This document shows positions 49,256-62,161 of a DNA stretch of 64,000 nt, piece after piece (position 1 is the stretch's first letter; every line of letters starts with the position of its first letter). Under the pieces are notes generated by a model. It did not search any database and had not been told where the DNA came from. It worked only from the letters and a program-made list of their open reading frames with translations. The position numbers and the translations under genes are program-made. This DNA comes from Octopus sinensis. Taxonomy: Eukaryota. The DNA lies in contig NC_043003.1 of the NCBI RefSeq assembly GCF_006345805.1, positions 97,340,001 through 97,404,000 on the forward strand. The letters are read 5' to 3'.

Positions 49256-49290
49256 GTTTAACGTTTCGAGCGGAGCTCTTCTTCGGAAAC
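49256..49290 (-). ncRNA. Minimal hammerhead-like motif with mutated core
   Basis: gttt CCGAAGA agagc tcc gctc GAAA cg TT aaac. Confidence 0.4.
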
Positions 49291-49338
49291 ATAGGAGAAG
49301 GAAAGATCCAGAGAAGGGAAGACAGAGGGAAAAAAATC

Positions 49339-50222
49339 GGATCTTTTCAATTCTGAAGCCAGGACCACAGATCTTTCTACTTAACTAAATATTCTGAAAC
49401 TTCGTATGCTGATAGAGTCTAGCAAAACAAGACACAGGTTGGAACTAGTTTATTTGAGAAAAATCTATTTTATGACTTTATCGTAGATTAAAACTGCGAA
49501 TTTTAAACCAATAATTGTTTGTTTTCATGTGTAAAACTTGACTGCATTCTATTAGTGTGACGTAGAAAGCGCTTTTGTGACGTACTAACGTTCGGAAAAC
49601 TGTAAACAAACACAGAACGTAACGGCAGACGAATACGGCTACGCATTTCGCCCGGCGTGCTAACGTTTCTGCCAGCTCTTTGCTTTTTTAATATTAAATT
49701 TCTTGCCTTTTGCACAAATAAATACAATAAGTGAAATGAAACGCATTAGCTTAGAAACGAAATCTTGTTAGAAGCCTCGTCACTGAGATGCCACTTCTTA
49801 ATAGCAAACGAAAGCAAGTACTAACAGAATGGAAACATTTTCAATTTAATACATGTGGCTATTAACTAGTTTTAAATATTGTTATTAGAAGGTGGCTGAC
49901 TATAGGATCCTGGAAACATGAGTACGTTAAATAATTAGAAGTAGATTTCACGGAGACATGCGGCTTGTTTACATTTAAGATGTTTAATACGTCACCAAAT
50001 TGGTGGTCGAGACGGAGTAAATAAAATAAAGCCGAATGACGGAATATCATTGGCTAAAATTCTAATTATTAAACAACGTTAAACTTAGAAGTTACAATTC
50101 CGTTTTCATTCTGGTTTACAATTAAGTTTACTTTTGACACATTCTACCAGTATACGAAGTTTCAAATTGTTTGGTTCAGTAGGAAAAATTTGAAAAAACT
50201 GGCTTCAGAATTGAAAAGATCC
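49339..50222. mobile_element. GGATCTTTT-family DNA transposon with 8-bp TSD and nested SINE B head
   Basis: TIRs ggatcttttcaattctgaagccag / ctggcttcagaattgaaaagatcc. TSD aaaaaatc/caaaaatc. Confidence 0.85.
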
Positions 50223-51338
50223 CAAAAATCGCCATCGGTACACACGCGGTCACAATATATATATATATATATATATATAACACACACGATGACGGGCTTC
50301 TTTCAGTTTCTGTCAACCAGATCTACTCACAAAGCTTTGGTTAACCCGACGCTATAGTAGAAGTCGCTAGCCCAAAATATCACGCAGAGGGACTGAACCC
50401 GAAACTAAGTGGCTGGGAAGCAAACTTACCACACAACGGTTACTTATTCGTATTGTGAGAGGTGCCAGTACTATATGTTCATGATAGACAAACGATTCCT
50501 TGTAAGCCAGGATCGAGCAGCAACCAAGAAACTTGTCTTCTCACGGACCACTGAAACCTCTCTCTGAATCTCTTGCACTTCTACATTTAGAGCCATATTT
50601 TGGCGGCAAAATCATAGAAAATTCCACCAGAAAACGTACGATCAAATTATCGCAGCTAAAGTATGATTGGTTAGAATTTAGAGCAAGTCGTCTGATATAT
50701 AGTGGCTTATTTTTCGTTACAGGTATAACGCGGTTTCGATTCTAAGCTCCGTAACAATCTTTTTTATAGCTTATTCAGCTGCAAGGGGAGTTACTATGAC
50801 CTTTGCAAAGTCACCTTGACCTGTGAAATCGATATAATTTCTGTCCAGTGTAAGCTTCTAACATCTGTGCGCTGACATTTGAAAGAAAAACTTGAGCAAG
50901 GGGAAAGATTTCAAAGGTACGTCGTTCTGTGGGGGAAGGATTGGACAAAATATTAGTGACGAACTTTGACGGTGAGACATTATAGGAGTGAGTAGGAGAG
51001 GAGACACGGGTTTTTGAATAGGTTTGACATATAATAGACATATATAGATGAAACACCACATCCGTGCACCAGAGTATGTGCTGGTTAGTTATAGTCATAG
51101 ACAACCATTCAGATAGCCTTCAATTGGATATGTTGTAGGATGTTTATATATATATATACTTTATAATTAGGGTTCAGCAGAGATTTGCTTCACCACATAC
51201 CGAAGTTTAGAAATAGCAGTCAAAAAATCTTAGCTATTCCTTCTACTTTAAAAGGGGCTCCCAGAAAAACCAAAGTGCTTGAAAACAATCCACGCAGGCA
51301 AAAGGGAAAAATAACGAAAATCAATCGGTATTAGGTTA

Positions 51339-51424
51339 CCCATGTACGCGCGTTTCGGAATTAGATCGGTATAAAGGATAAATAGCTATACCTTACCCGA
51401 TCATTTTCGGCTCATCAGCGTGGG
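51339..51424 (-). ncRNA. Type I hammerhead ribozyme candidate with intact catalytic core
   Basis: cccacg CTGATGA G[stem II]C GAAA cgcgcg TA catggg. Confidence 0.7.
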
Positions 51425-52662
51425 ATTGCAGAAATATTAATAATTAAATATTAATTCGAAGGCACTAGAGAATATCTCTCCACCTAACGGTATCAGAAAG
51501 ATCATATTCAGTGCTAGTGCCGCCAAATTCAAAATTCATCACCCTCCCTCACCCATTAGCGTGATGCCAAGTAAGATGCTATAGAGAGAAACTGTAGTTT
51601 GTTATCAGGGAGAAGAATTCCAATATATATATATATGTATATATATAGCAGCAGCAGCATCGTTCCAGATGCGAGTCAAGTACTTCATTTTTCATTTTAC
51701 GTAAGCTTTAAAGCCTCTTCTATTTTGTATTTGTGAGGCATTATGGGGTTTAATTGCGTGTTGTATAAGACCAGGGAGAGTGAGTTTTAATATTATTTCC
51801 TGATGACGTGTCTTTTCTTGGCGGACATAAACAAGTTTGTTATTCTTTTATTATTTTATACGTTTCAGCCCTAAGGCAGTGGCCTCGCTGGGGCAACGCT
51901 AGTGTAATTATCTTTTCAATGGCCAATTCTTCGTGACTGACTTTTGGTGAAGGAGCGAATCCGACACTGCTGTCCTCTTTGTCTACGTAATTTTGTTGAG
52001 GTCTTTATTCATAGAAACAGTACAAGTTTGATATAAATTATCTGCACACGATTGAGGAGAAATGAAACAGGATCTGATTAGAAAAGGGATGAACATTGTT
52101 TGAGGTCACAGCTCACATGTCACAAGAGTTCAAAAAGAAAATAATGAAGTCAAGAGCAACGACATTCCTGTCATCGAACTTCTCAAGAGCAAGGAACCAC
52201 TAATGAATGACAAAGGCGAGCGAGTCCCCAATAGATCTGACTTTGTGGGAATCGTATTAATGGTTACTGAAAAGACTCAAGATGCTAGAGGAATGGTGAG
52301 CGTGATAAGTTGATAGTTGCTCTTCAGGAAGAAGAGATACACCGCAGCATGTTATCAAAGACTGGGAAATATACCTGCTCTGAGAAAAATTGAAGAGCTT
52401 GACGATGATAAGGTCTAACTCTAGCTCTAAACAATCACAAGCTAAACCACGTTAGCGTCACTTCCTCAGATTAAGTGAGTCACTGTGCCGACGTTCAACT
52501 CGCTATAAACCACAGCATCAACTAAAGCACTCATGATTCATCCTTCATCTAAACCCGTCTTAGCAGTATTATAAGCCCCTCTAAAGAATCAATGTGCTAG
52601 GCCCAATAGGGTTTCTATATTTGACAGCAAACCACAGCAGGTATAGACCAGAATTAAGTTAA

Positions 52663-52892
52663 GGCGGCGAGCTGGCAGAAACGTTAGCAAGCCGGGCGAA
52701 ATGCTTTGCGGTATTTCGGCTGCCGTTACGTTCTGAGTTCAAATTCCGCCGAGGTCGACTTTGCCTTTCATCCTTTCGGGGTCGATAAATTAAGTACCAG
52801 TTACGCACTGGGATCGATATAATCGACTTAATCCGTTTGTCTGTCCTTGTTTGTCCTCTCTGTGTTTAGCCCCTTGTGGGCATTAAAGAAAT
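52663..52892 (+). mobile_element. SINE family B, young full-length copy with 16-bp TSD
   Basis: TSD aggtatagaccagaat at 52639-52654 and 52893-52908. Confidence 0.93.
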
Positions 52893-53725
52893 AGGTATAG
52901 ACCAGAATGGTGCGCTCGACCCAGCTCTGGATTAACCAATAAGCAAAATAAGCACGTGCTTAGAGTATCAAGAGGAGTAGGGCAGCGCAGAAATGGCAAA
53001 TGGTTTACGATACAGAAAAAAAATCACTCGCTAAAATAATATTTAAAGTGGTTTAAATGATGTCAGTGAGGATCTGAGTAAAAAGACTTTGCAATTAAAA
53101 AAAAAGTAAGAGAAAACTTTTCAAATATAAATGAAGTGGAATTATACAAAAATAAACATTATTTTCCATCTTACTGTTTAATTTTGATTTATTTTGAAAA
53201 CTACAAACTTATTTTGTGGTTTATTATTGTTTATATTTTGAATCACATTTATAAATGGGAACACCAAAATCTTTTAAGGGCTTAGAGCTTCTATGGGTCT
53301 GTAGTGAGTGAGGAAAGCTAAATATTCGCGTTGCGGCATAGTATGGTTGTGTTATGGCATGCTCCAGCCAATCAAGGTTGGACTTGTCACCTCCTGAACA
53401 ACCTAGTTCATTTATGCTAACTTCGCTCCTCCAAAGTCTGGATGACATCAGGCACAACTCTGCCTCGTAATGAAATGTCTATCTTCATTTAAGCTAGCTT
53501 CATTCCTATTAGCTTACATCGACTTCCAACAGAATCATTTTGTGCAAAAGAAAGTTATAATACTTTACCTAACTCATATACATATATACCCTCTACACCT
53601 CTTGCTACTTGTCAGCACTCGTTCTTATTTTAAATAGTTACTATGTTTTGTTTAATAACTGCCTTCTGACATTCGTTATACATACTCCTTGAATGCACAT
53701 TTAATGTACTTTGTCACGAACACTT

Positions 53726-54312
53726 AGTTAGTTAGTTAATTTGGCTCAAAAGCAAATAGCAAGGCCATGTAGGGGGACATGGAGTTAAGTACAGGGTGGT
53801 GTTCATGTAAAGAGTTCAGGCCACTTGAGGTCCAGGGAGGCTTTGAACAAAGCAGTCGTCGGCATCTTCACCATCTCGTCTGGCAGCTTGTTCCACGGAT
53901 CCGCAACCCGGACGGAGAAAGCTCCTCTCCTTTGATTGAGATGAAATCGTCGCAGGTAGAGCTTTTCGGAATGACCCCGCAGCCGACGCTCCGGAGCAGG
54001 AGTGAAGAACAGCTCTTTCGAGAGGTTACACTTCCCGCTTATGATGTTGTGGGCGAGAATGAGATCACCACGGCGGCGGCGTTTTTCAAGAGAATAAAGG
54101 TCGAGCGTCCTCAGCCTTTCTTCGTAGGACAAATTTTTGAGACCATGAACCATGCGGGTAGCCAGCCTCTGGACTCTTTCGAGGTGATGTATGTCTTTGA
54201 GGAGATAAGGAGAAGAGGCTTGAATCCCATACTCCAATATGAGTCTCACCAGCGTGACATAGAGTGGCAGGAATATGGCTGCTGTGAGCATTCCGAATGA
54301 CCGTCGAATCAA
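53726..54312 (-). mobile_element. 5'-truncated CR1-clade LINE inside the 5' LTR
   Basis: Open frame LERVQRLATRMV...YEERL...SLEKRRRRGDLI...RGH...FSVRVADPWNKLP, then a short 3'UTR and (CTAA)n tail. Confidence 0.92.
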
Positions 54313-55523
54313 GCATATTTCAAATCAGTGACCACTCTCACTAAGTTAGTGATCTAGACGGTTAAATATTTTTGGGGGAAATATTTTTAAAAAATAATAT
54401 TGCAAAGACCAATTTGAACAACTTGTGATATCATTCAGACGCATATTCAAAAAGAAATTATAGAACACTGCTGAGCAAACCTAAACTGTGAAATTGCGCA
54501 AAGCTAACATGTAAAAGCCATCTATTGTATTTTTCAAAGAAATATCGCTAGTTACATTCTTCACATGATATCCTCATTTTTCGTTTACACCACATGGGTG
54601 CTTTTGATTTTTAATATGGCTGCCGTTTTGCCGAGCTTCTTGTTCACGCGTAACCTCGTGGCGCCTTACGCATGCGCAACGGTGTCCAACGCGCATGTCT
54701 TGCCTCGATTAGGATTTCATTTTCCCGCTCGCAGCCATTGATGTTACATTCGGGCCTGTTTCGTAAATTTACGCCGTTTTCCTGGATTTGTGTTATAATT
54801 ATTAAAAAATCACAAAACAATACTAGGGTTAATTTTTTTTCTAGCCATGCTTGATTTCTTTCCTGTGAGAGCAGTGTTTACCACATTTTGGTAATTCGTG
54901 CGTGTTGCATTCCTTGACCCGCAATGAGAGAGGGTGCATTTGCGGACAGCGCCATGCTTAAGCAGTTTGTCTTCTGTTTACCATCAAATGTGCAGGCCCC
55001 CTCGCCCCCATGATGGAGGCCAGTACTGTGAACCAGTTGGCTTACTCTGCTGATAAGGTATTGGATTATACTGGCGAAAGTGTTGCTACCACGCCTGCCT
55101 GGCTACTTGCTGCTGTTTCTTCGTCTTCGGTAGCATCTGTCTCATCGGAGCATGATTCGACGCAAGCGGCAACCCTACTGGCCATTCTGGAATTAACTAG
55201 AGAAGTCAAACATTTACGTGGTGTGCAGAATTCTTCTCCACGCCGGTGGTCATTTAGTCGTTCATCCTCTCCCAGACGACATTCTTTCCTGCTTTTTCGT
55301 CGACACACTGTTTGTACCATAGACGTTTTGGTGCTGCTGCCCAGAAATGTACTCCACTGTGTTCTTACTCGAGTCAGGAAAATGCTGCAGAGGGACACGG
55401 AACACGACAGCTGCTCCCAGTTCGCGCTGGTGCTGGCTGCAGTATTTGGCCAGTGAGATCCGTCAAAGATAAACCTACTCTTTCTTCGATTACCCTGCAA
55501 GCTGTGAACCACTCGCCAATACC

Positions 55524-55747
55524 TATTTCTTTATTACCCACAAGGGGTTAAACACAGAGGAGACAAACAAGGACAGACATAGGTATTAAGTCGATTACAT
55601 CGACCCCAGTGCGTAACTGGTACTTAATTTATCGACCCCGAAAGGATGAAAGGGAAAGTCGACCTCGGCGGAATTTGAACTCACAACGTAACGGCAGACG
55701 AAATACCGCTAAGCATTTCGCCCGGCGTGCTAACGTTTCTGCCAGCT
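55524..55747 (-). mobile_element. SINE family B inside the gypsy gag-pol region
   Basis: Family sequence. Confidence 0.9.
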
Positions 55748-58700
55748 ATTTTTGGCCAAAAGTCGACTACTTCGTCGGTCAGCCCAGTATTCTTTATCAC
55801 AGCAACTGGAAACTAATACCAATTGATGTTAGACTCTTTCTCGGAGCTCACCAACCTGAATTTCCAAGTGAATACTCTTGCTCACTCTATGGAACATTTC
55901 ATCTCAATGAATGGTGTTTTCACGTCCTCGTCGTCTACCTCCGGAAAAGTTAAAGGAAGCGAAAGCAGAGATTAATCACACGTTGCAGTTCTGGATTATC
56001 CGCCCTTCTACAAGTCAGTGGGCCCCGCCCCTTCACACGGTACCCAAGAACTCTGGCGATTTTCACCCTACGGGGGATTTTAGGTGTCTCAGTGCTATCA
56101 CTACTCCTGATAGGTATTCGATTTCTCACCTGAAAGTTTTTTTTCCCCTCATTGCATGGCTGTACTGTGTTTTCCAAGCTCGATCTCATCAGGGCTTATC
56201 ACCAGATCTCTGTCCACCCTGAAGACATTCCGAAGACGGCAGTAACAACGCCATTTGGCTCTTTCGAATCCTTGACTATACCATTTAGCCTTCGAAATGC
56301 TGCCAGCACTCTTTAGCAGTTCATAGACGAAGTCATTAGTGGACGGGATTTCGTCTATGCCTGCATCGACGATCTTCTGGTTGCCAGTTCTTCAGCGGAA
56401 GAACATGCTCATCATTTAAGGTTACTTTTCCAGCGATTTACCCAGTATAAAGTGCGGATTAACCCAGCTAAATGTGTTTTTGACGCATCCACCCTTGTGT
56501 TTCTTGGTCACATCATAAAGATAGTATTCAACCTTTACCAAGCAAAGTGCGAGCCATTAAGGACATCCTCCTTCGACTTCCTTTCGTCAGTTACGCCACA
56601 GCCTCGGTTTATTTAACTTCTATCGTCGATTCATTCCTTACTGCGCTGGACTCTTGTCTCCACTCACTGAGCTTCTCAAGAACCGACATAAGAAGAATGA
56701 AACCATTTCGCTGACTCCTACTCGAACAAGAGCTTTTGACGCTGTGAAACACGAACTTTCTAAAGCGGCTCTCCTTACACATTCTGTCTCTGATGCAAAA
56801 CTTTCGCTTGTGATTGATGCATCAGACACAGCAATCGGTGCTGCTTTACAGCAATTTCATCAGCAACACTTGCAACCTCTTACGTTTTTCTCTCGGTAGC
56901 TGAAACCTATTTAGACGCGTTACAGCGCCTGCAGTCGTGGATTGTTGGTAATATGCCTGTCAGTGAAGCATTTTCAGCACATCCTGGAAAGAAGGGGCTT
57001 CTCTATATATATTGACCATAAACCTCTTAGATCTAACTTACGGTCCAAGCTGGAAAAGTACTCACAGAAAGAGACTCGACACTTTGACTTTATATCGCAG
57101 TTCACTAGCGATATTCAACACATCTCCGGTGCAGAAAACACTGCTGCAGATGCATTGTCCCGTCTGCCGATCAGTTTTTTAGCGTCCACTGTGGATATTG
57201 ATCTGAATGTTTAGCCCTCAGAGCAGCCTTCTCTGGACTCACTCAAAATTCTTCTGAATAGGCGATGTGCAAATTCAAATACTTGCCTGTACCAACCTCC
57301 AACAAAATGATCCTGTGTGACGTATCGGCAGATTCGCTTCGTCCCTTCGTCCCAGAGACTCATAGATGAGCTGTGTTCGATGCTCTGCATAATCTATCGC
57401 ATCCTGAAGCCCCGGTCTCAGTGAAGCTCATTACGGCTAGATTCTTATGGCCAGACATGAGGTATAACATCACTGACTGGTCTCGTTCTTACCTCTACTA
57501 TCAAAGTTCGAAGGTGCATAAACACATTCGTGTACCTCTCAGCACCTTCAGCACATCAAACGCGCGCTTCCATTAGATTCACATTGATCTTGTTGGACCC
57601 TGGCCCGGCAGTCAAGGATATACTTACATCCTTACTTGCATTGATCGTTTCACTTATTGGCCTGAAGCCATTCCTCTAGTTGATATTTCTGCTTACCCCG
57701 TAGGCTGGATATCGCGTTACGGTGTCGTACCACCATCACTACAGACCGTGGTAGTCAGTTTGGGTTCCCACCTCTTCTCAGAACTTACTAAGAGCTTTTT
57801 ACGTATCCGGTAAGCACCGATGATCGGTGCTCACCGGATACGTACTACAAGTCACCATCCTGCATCCAACGGAATGGTGGAGTGTTTCCATCGACAGTTG
57901 AAAGCCGCATTTCCTGTGTATCCTGATAATCAACGCTGAATCGAGAACTTCTCCATAGTACTCCTCGGCATTCGGACTTCGTTCAAGGAGGGTCTCGGAT
58001 ACTCCCCAGCGGAGCTGCAATACCTAGTAGACCTTTCGACGCAAGATTCTGCTCTTTATGTGAACCACTTTCGTATTTATCTTCAAAACCTATCACCGAT
58101 GAATACTCGGCACCAAACCGTGAAACTTGCGGTTCCGAAGGACATGGCCTGGTGGACTCACGTTTTCGCCAGAAACGACGCCGTGAGAAGTCCTCTCACT
58201 CAACCTTACTCAGGACCTTATCGTGTTCTTTCTCGTTCTAACAAATATTTCACAACTGACTGCAATGGTTCCAGAGGCACTATCTCTGTTGACAGACTTA
58301 AAAGGGCCTATATAAATGCTCATACCTCGGAACCTCATACACCCAACACACACACTGCCCACACACATCTTCCCCACCTCTACCAGCACACAGAACGACA
58401 ACCCGCAGTAGTCGTTGCGTCCATTGACCCAAGAGACTTTGTAAAACTATTTATATATGAACTGGCCTTAAGTGCCTGTCATTGTCTCATTTTTACATGC
58501 TTGCTTTTCTTATTGTATTCATCTTTTCTTCTTTTTCCATTGTTTGAACATTTCGCTTTGCATTTTGTCTTCCTTTTCCTTCATACTGTTGTTTATATTA
58601 AGTTGTAGTTTGAACAGGGGGTACTGTAGTGAGTCAGGAAAGCTATATCTTTTTGTTTTCGGGGCATAGTACAGTTGTGCTATGGCATGCTCCAGCCAAT

Positions 58701-60559
58701 CAAGGCTGGACGCGTAGGAATACAAATGGCCCTGCTCTGCCCAAGAAGAGAAGCGCAGTTTTTAAGAAGTTAGCGAAAAGACAATGTAGAAGCGGCAGTT
58801 ATTCTTCCAACATGCAACAGTTTTTGTGTGTTCTCCACCAATTTTGTGCAACTCACTTGAAGTTATATCGGCTCTCGACTTGTCACCTCTTGAACAACCT
58901 AGTTCATTTATGCTAACTTCGCTCCTCCAAAGTCTGGATGGCATCAGGCACAACTCTGCCTCATAATGAACTGTATATCTTCATTTAAGCTAGCTTCATT
59001 CCTATTAGCTCACAACGACTTCCAACAGAATCATTTTGTGTAAAGTATGTCATAATACTTTACCTGACTCATATACATATATACCCGCTACACCTCTTGC
59101 TGTTTGTCAGCACTCGTTCCCATTTTAATAAAGTCACACTGTTTTGTTTAATAATTGCCTTCTGACATTCATTACACATGCTTCTTCAAAGCCCATTTAA
59201 TATAGTTTGTCACGAACACTTGCATAGTTCAAATTAGTGACCACTCCCACTGAAGGTCTTTATCCGGCTTTGTCTCGACTCATGAGGCCTCCAGTGCACC
59301 CATGTCTTCAAACGACACCGCCTTGTCCCATCATCTCCTCAAACATTTTGTGTTCCTCTCCAGGCCCTTTATTAACGCATTAACCACTATTCCCACTCCT
59401 TTATTTTCCCAGAATGTCAATTCTGTGGAATTCCTTTACTGTACATAATTTTTTTTTTTTTTACAACTGACAACTTGTAAATGTTCAAAGAGGAACTCTT
59501 ACCCATCTCAGAGGGTTTGTGAAAGCAGAAGTGCTATCCGCCCCATAACTACTAATAACGCCGCCAACTGTTACGTTTTCCCTTCCGGAATACACAGTTT
59601 ACTGTACAGAACACGTTTGCACTATCATTGACAACACAAGTACTGCTAGTACTGTAGGGCAAGAACGTGCCAATGAGAAAACTTCTATGATCTGCCAGCT
59701 TACTAGAAATAGTAGCCAGATCTTCCTGGTCATAGGTCTTCTTGATCAGGATTGATTTGAGGTAAAACGAAGCACTCACGAAGTAGTAACTTGATCTGTT
59801 GAAAATAGCAACCAGACCTCACTCAAATCTCAACCTACCGTCTTAAAAAAAGGAACGACATGGGTGGATAATGTAGACATAGCTATATAAAAAGACTGGA
59901 TGGTCAACACCGGAACGCTTTTCATCATAAATTTGCTTTATCAGAGCTTACCAAGAGCTAAACAACAATAACAGCAATAACAAGAATTAAAACTGCGGGA
60001 TCGACTATAGTCATAAAATGATTTCTCGTAAAAGGTTGCGTTAATTTGTAAAACTGGGGGAATTACAGAAATGTTACAGCAGCAGACTAAATGAGGTGTT
60101 ACTGTTGTATAATTGGTAACACACTTATTGTATAATTGGTAACACAGATGAAGGGCAAAGTTGACATTGGTGAGAAGCAAACTCAGAATATAAAGCGATG
60201 AGACTAAATACCACGTGCTGTTGTTTAACCCAAATCAATCCTAATCCAGCAAACCTATAATCATCGACATTACACCAGTGACCATCACATCTTTTAATGG
60301 GAGAGCTCTTCTTGAAAAACATTTCCCAGTGAGTCAGCAAATCTCCTTCGAACCTAGAGGTGTGATTTAAAAGAGATTTGTTACCTGCTATTTTTAGCGG
60401 ATCTAGTGGCTATTTAGATCTCTACTGACGCTCTAAAGTTTCCGAAATTTCCCCAACTTCACATTTTGCTTCCGTTTTCTTTTCGGTTATTGTCTTCAGT
60501 CAAGTTCAACCGCATTTTTTAAAGGTGACAACGTCACTTCCTCTAACCTCATCTATTCA

Positions 60560-60960
60560 CACCCATTTTTTCCGTTCCCAATTCCTTTTTGTTCCGGTTT
60601 TTCTTTCTCCGCCTCTATAAACTTCTCTCATCCTACTGTTTTCCTCTATTTCTCTATTCCTGCTTTATAACCACAACCCTCCCCCCTCTCTCTCTCTTCC
60701 TTACTTTCTTTCTTTCTCTCTAAACATTCTACTCCTCTTTTGCTTCTTCGCTTTCTAATATCTGTTACCATCCAGTTCTATCTTGCAATTCTTCTTAATT
60801 TTCTGCCTTTTCTCTAATTACTGCTTCTTAATTACTCCTCTTCAAGCAATCAACCTTTCGCTTTTACTCGTCTCCCTTTTCCCTTCTCACTCCTTTACGT
60901 TCCCATCATCAATTCTTCTTTACTTTATTATGTATATCTCTCACTCATTCTTTCCATGTC
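60560..60960. repeat. Pyrimidine-rich low-complexity tract
   Basis: Direct reading. Confidence 0.8.
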
Positions 60961-61539
60961 TGTCTTCCATCGCGTGACACACGCACACGCGCACACGCAG
61001 AAATTTATGTCTGTCACGAAAATATGTCGGAAATGGCTTTCATCATGTGCCTACAATAGACTGACTTATTACATAACCGCAACAACGAAATGTTCTTCCT
61101 TCTTTTGATTGCAAATAAAACAAAGGCGATGAGCTGGAGGAATCGTTAGCACGCCGGAAAAAATGCTTAGCGGCCTTTCTTCCGGCTTTACGTTCTGAGT
61201 TCAAATCCCGCGGAGATCGACTTTATCGTTCATCCTTTCGTGATCGATAAAATAATACCAGGTGAGCAAAAAAGTTCAGGCCTTGTACGCATAATATAGA
61301 AAGGCTTGTGTGCAAAACACATTGTTTCCTGTTAGCACAAATAAAGTATTTCACATAATACAAACATTGCAAGTGAATTTCTACACACAAAAATTTTCCT
61401 GTGCAAATGAGACAAACAGTAGCAGCGAAATATTCTCTTGGTCTCAAAACGAAACACAACGAAACAGTCGAACGCTCGTTAAAAAACTTACCACAACACC
61501 ACAGTCGTGAAATAAACCTTGTTCAACAAATTGCCGCGG

Positions 61540-61800
61540 GCGCATTACCTAGTTGTTAGGGTGTTGCATTCGCGATTGCCTGATCGTGGTTTCAGTTCCT
61601 GGGCTGGATGGTGCATCGTGTTCTTCAGCAAAACACTTCATTTCATGTTTCTCTGCGATTCTTTGACACCCGATGCGTGCTACACTTGTACACCTGTAAC
61701 AGGCAACGTCGATTTGATGGAGGAGCGTGAGCTAGTGTACAGCACATACATTTGATCACTATAAACAAATCGTTTGTGCAGGTTATTCAAAAAGAAATTA
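61540..61800 (+). mobile_element. Old tRNA-derived SINE
   Basis: gggcgcattacctagttgttaggg...gtttcagttcc head, followed by gtgttcttcagcaaaacactt. Confidence 0.6.
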
Positions 61801-61852
61801 CAAAACTGTCTTTCCCGAACAACAAGAGACTGTAGTGAGACCACTTTCTAAT

Positions 61853-62161
61853 GATTTCTTTATTACCCACAAGGGGCCAACATAGAGGGGGACAGTACAA
61901 CATGATTGGGGTCATGTTAAAACTATGATATAAAACATTACATGACGGTAAAAAGTACAATGAAAATTACAATGAAATCGAAAATCGAATGGTATACATT
62001 AACAAAACAAAACACGAAAAGGACGCATGAAGCAGAAAAAAAAACAGGATTGCCGACCCCACGAGCCCTGTTTTTCCCACTGAAATCTTGGTAGCTGACT
62101 TATGGCGTGTTCATGCAGTGACTTTCACTCCCAGCAATCGTGCAACACGCTTCCATCTTTT
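61853..62161 (-). mobile_element. 5'-truncated Tx1/L1-like LINE 3' end ending in the SINE-B tail, 15-bp TSD
   Basis: Minus strand KRWKRVARLLGVKVTA*, 3'UTR, then tgtcccctctatgttggccccttgtgggtaataaagaaat. TSD agaccactttctaat at 61838-61852 and 62162-62176. Confidence 0.72.

Larger units (their letters stand above)
53300..59254 (+). mobile_element. Old CsRN1-like Ty3/gypsy element with nested insertions
   Basis: LTRs 53300-54345 (interrupted, with an internal deletion) and 58625-59254, both starting tgtagtgag. 4-bp TSD GGTC. Degenerate PBS ttagtgatctagacg and PPT agggggg. Decayed RT (SQWAPPLHTVPK), RH (DASDTAIGAAL) and IN (HIDLVGP, NGMVECFHRQLK). Confidence 0.88.

Noticed and set aside
53779-54300. 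173-aa plus-strand ORF
   Set aside because: Antisense to the CR1 ORF2 end, which has the recognisable motifs.
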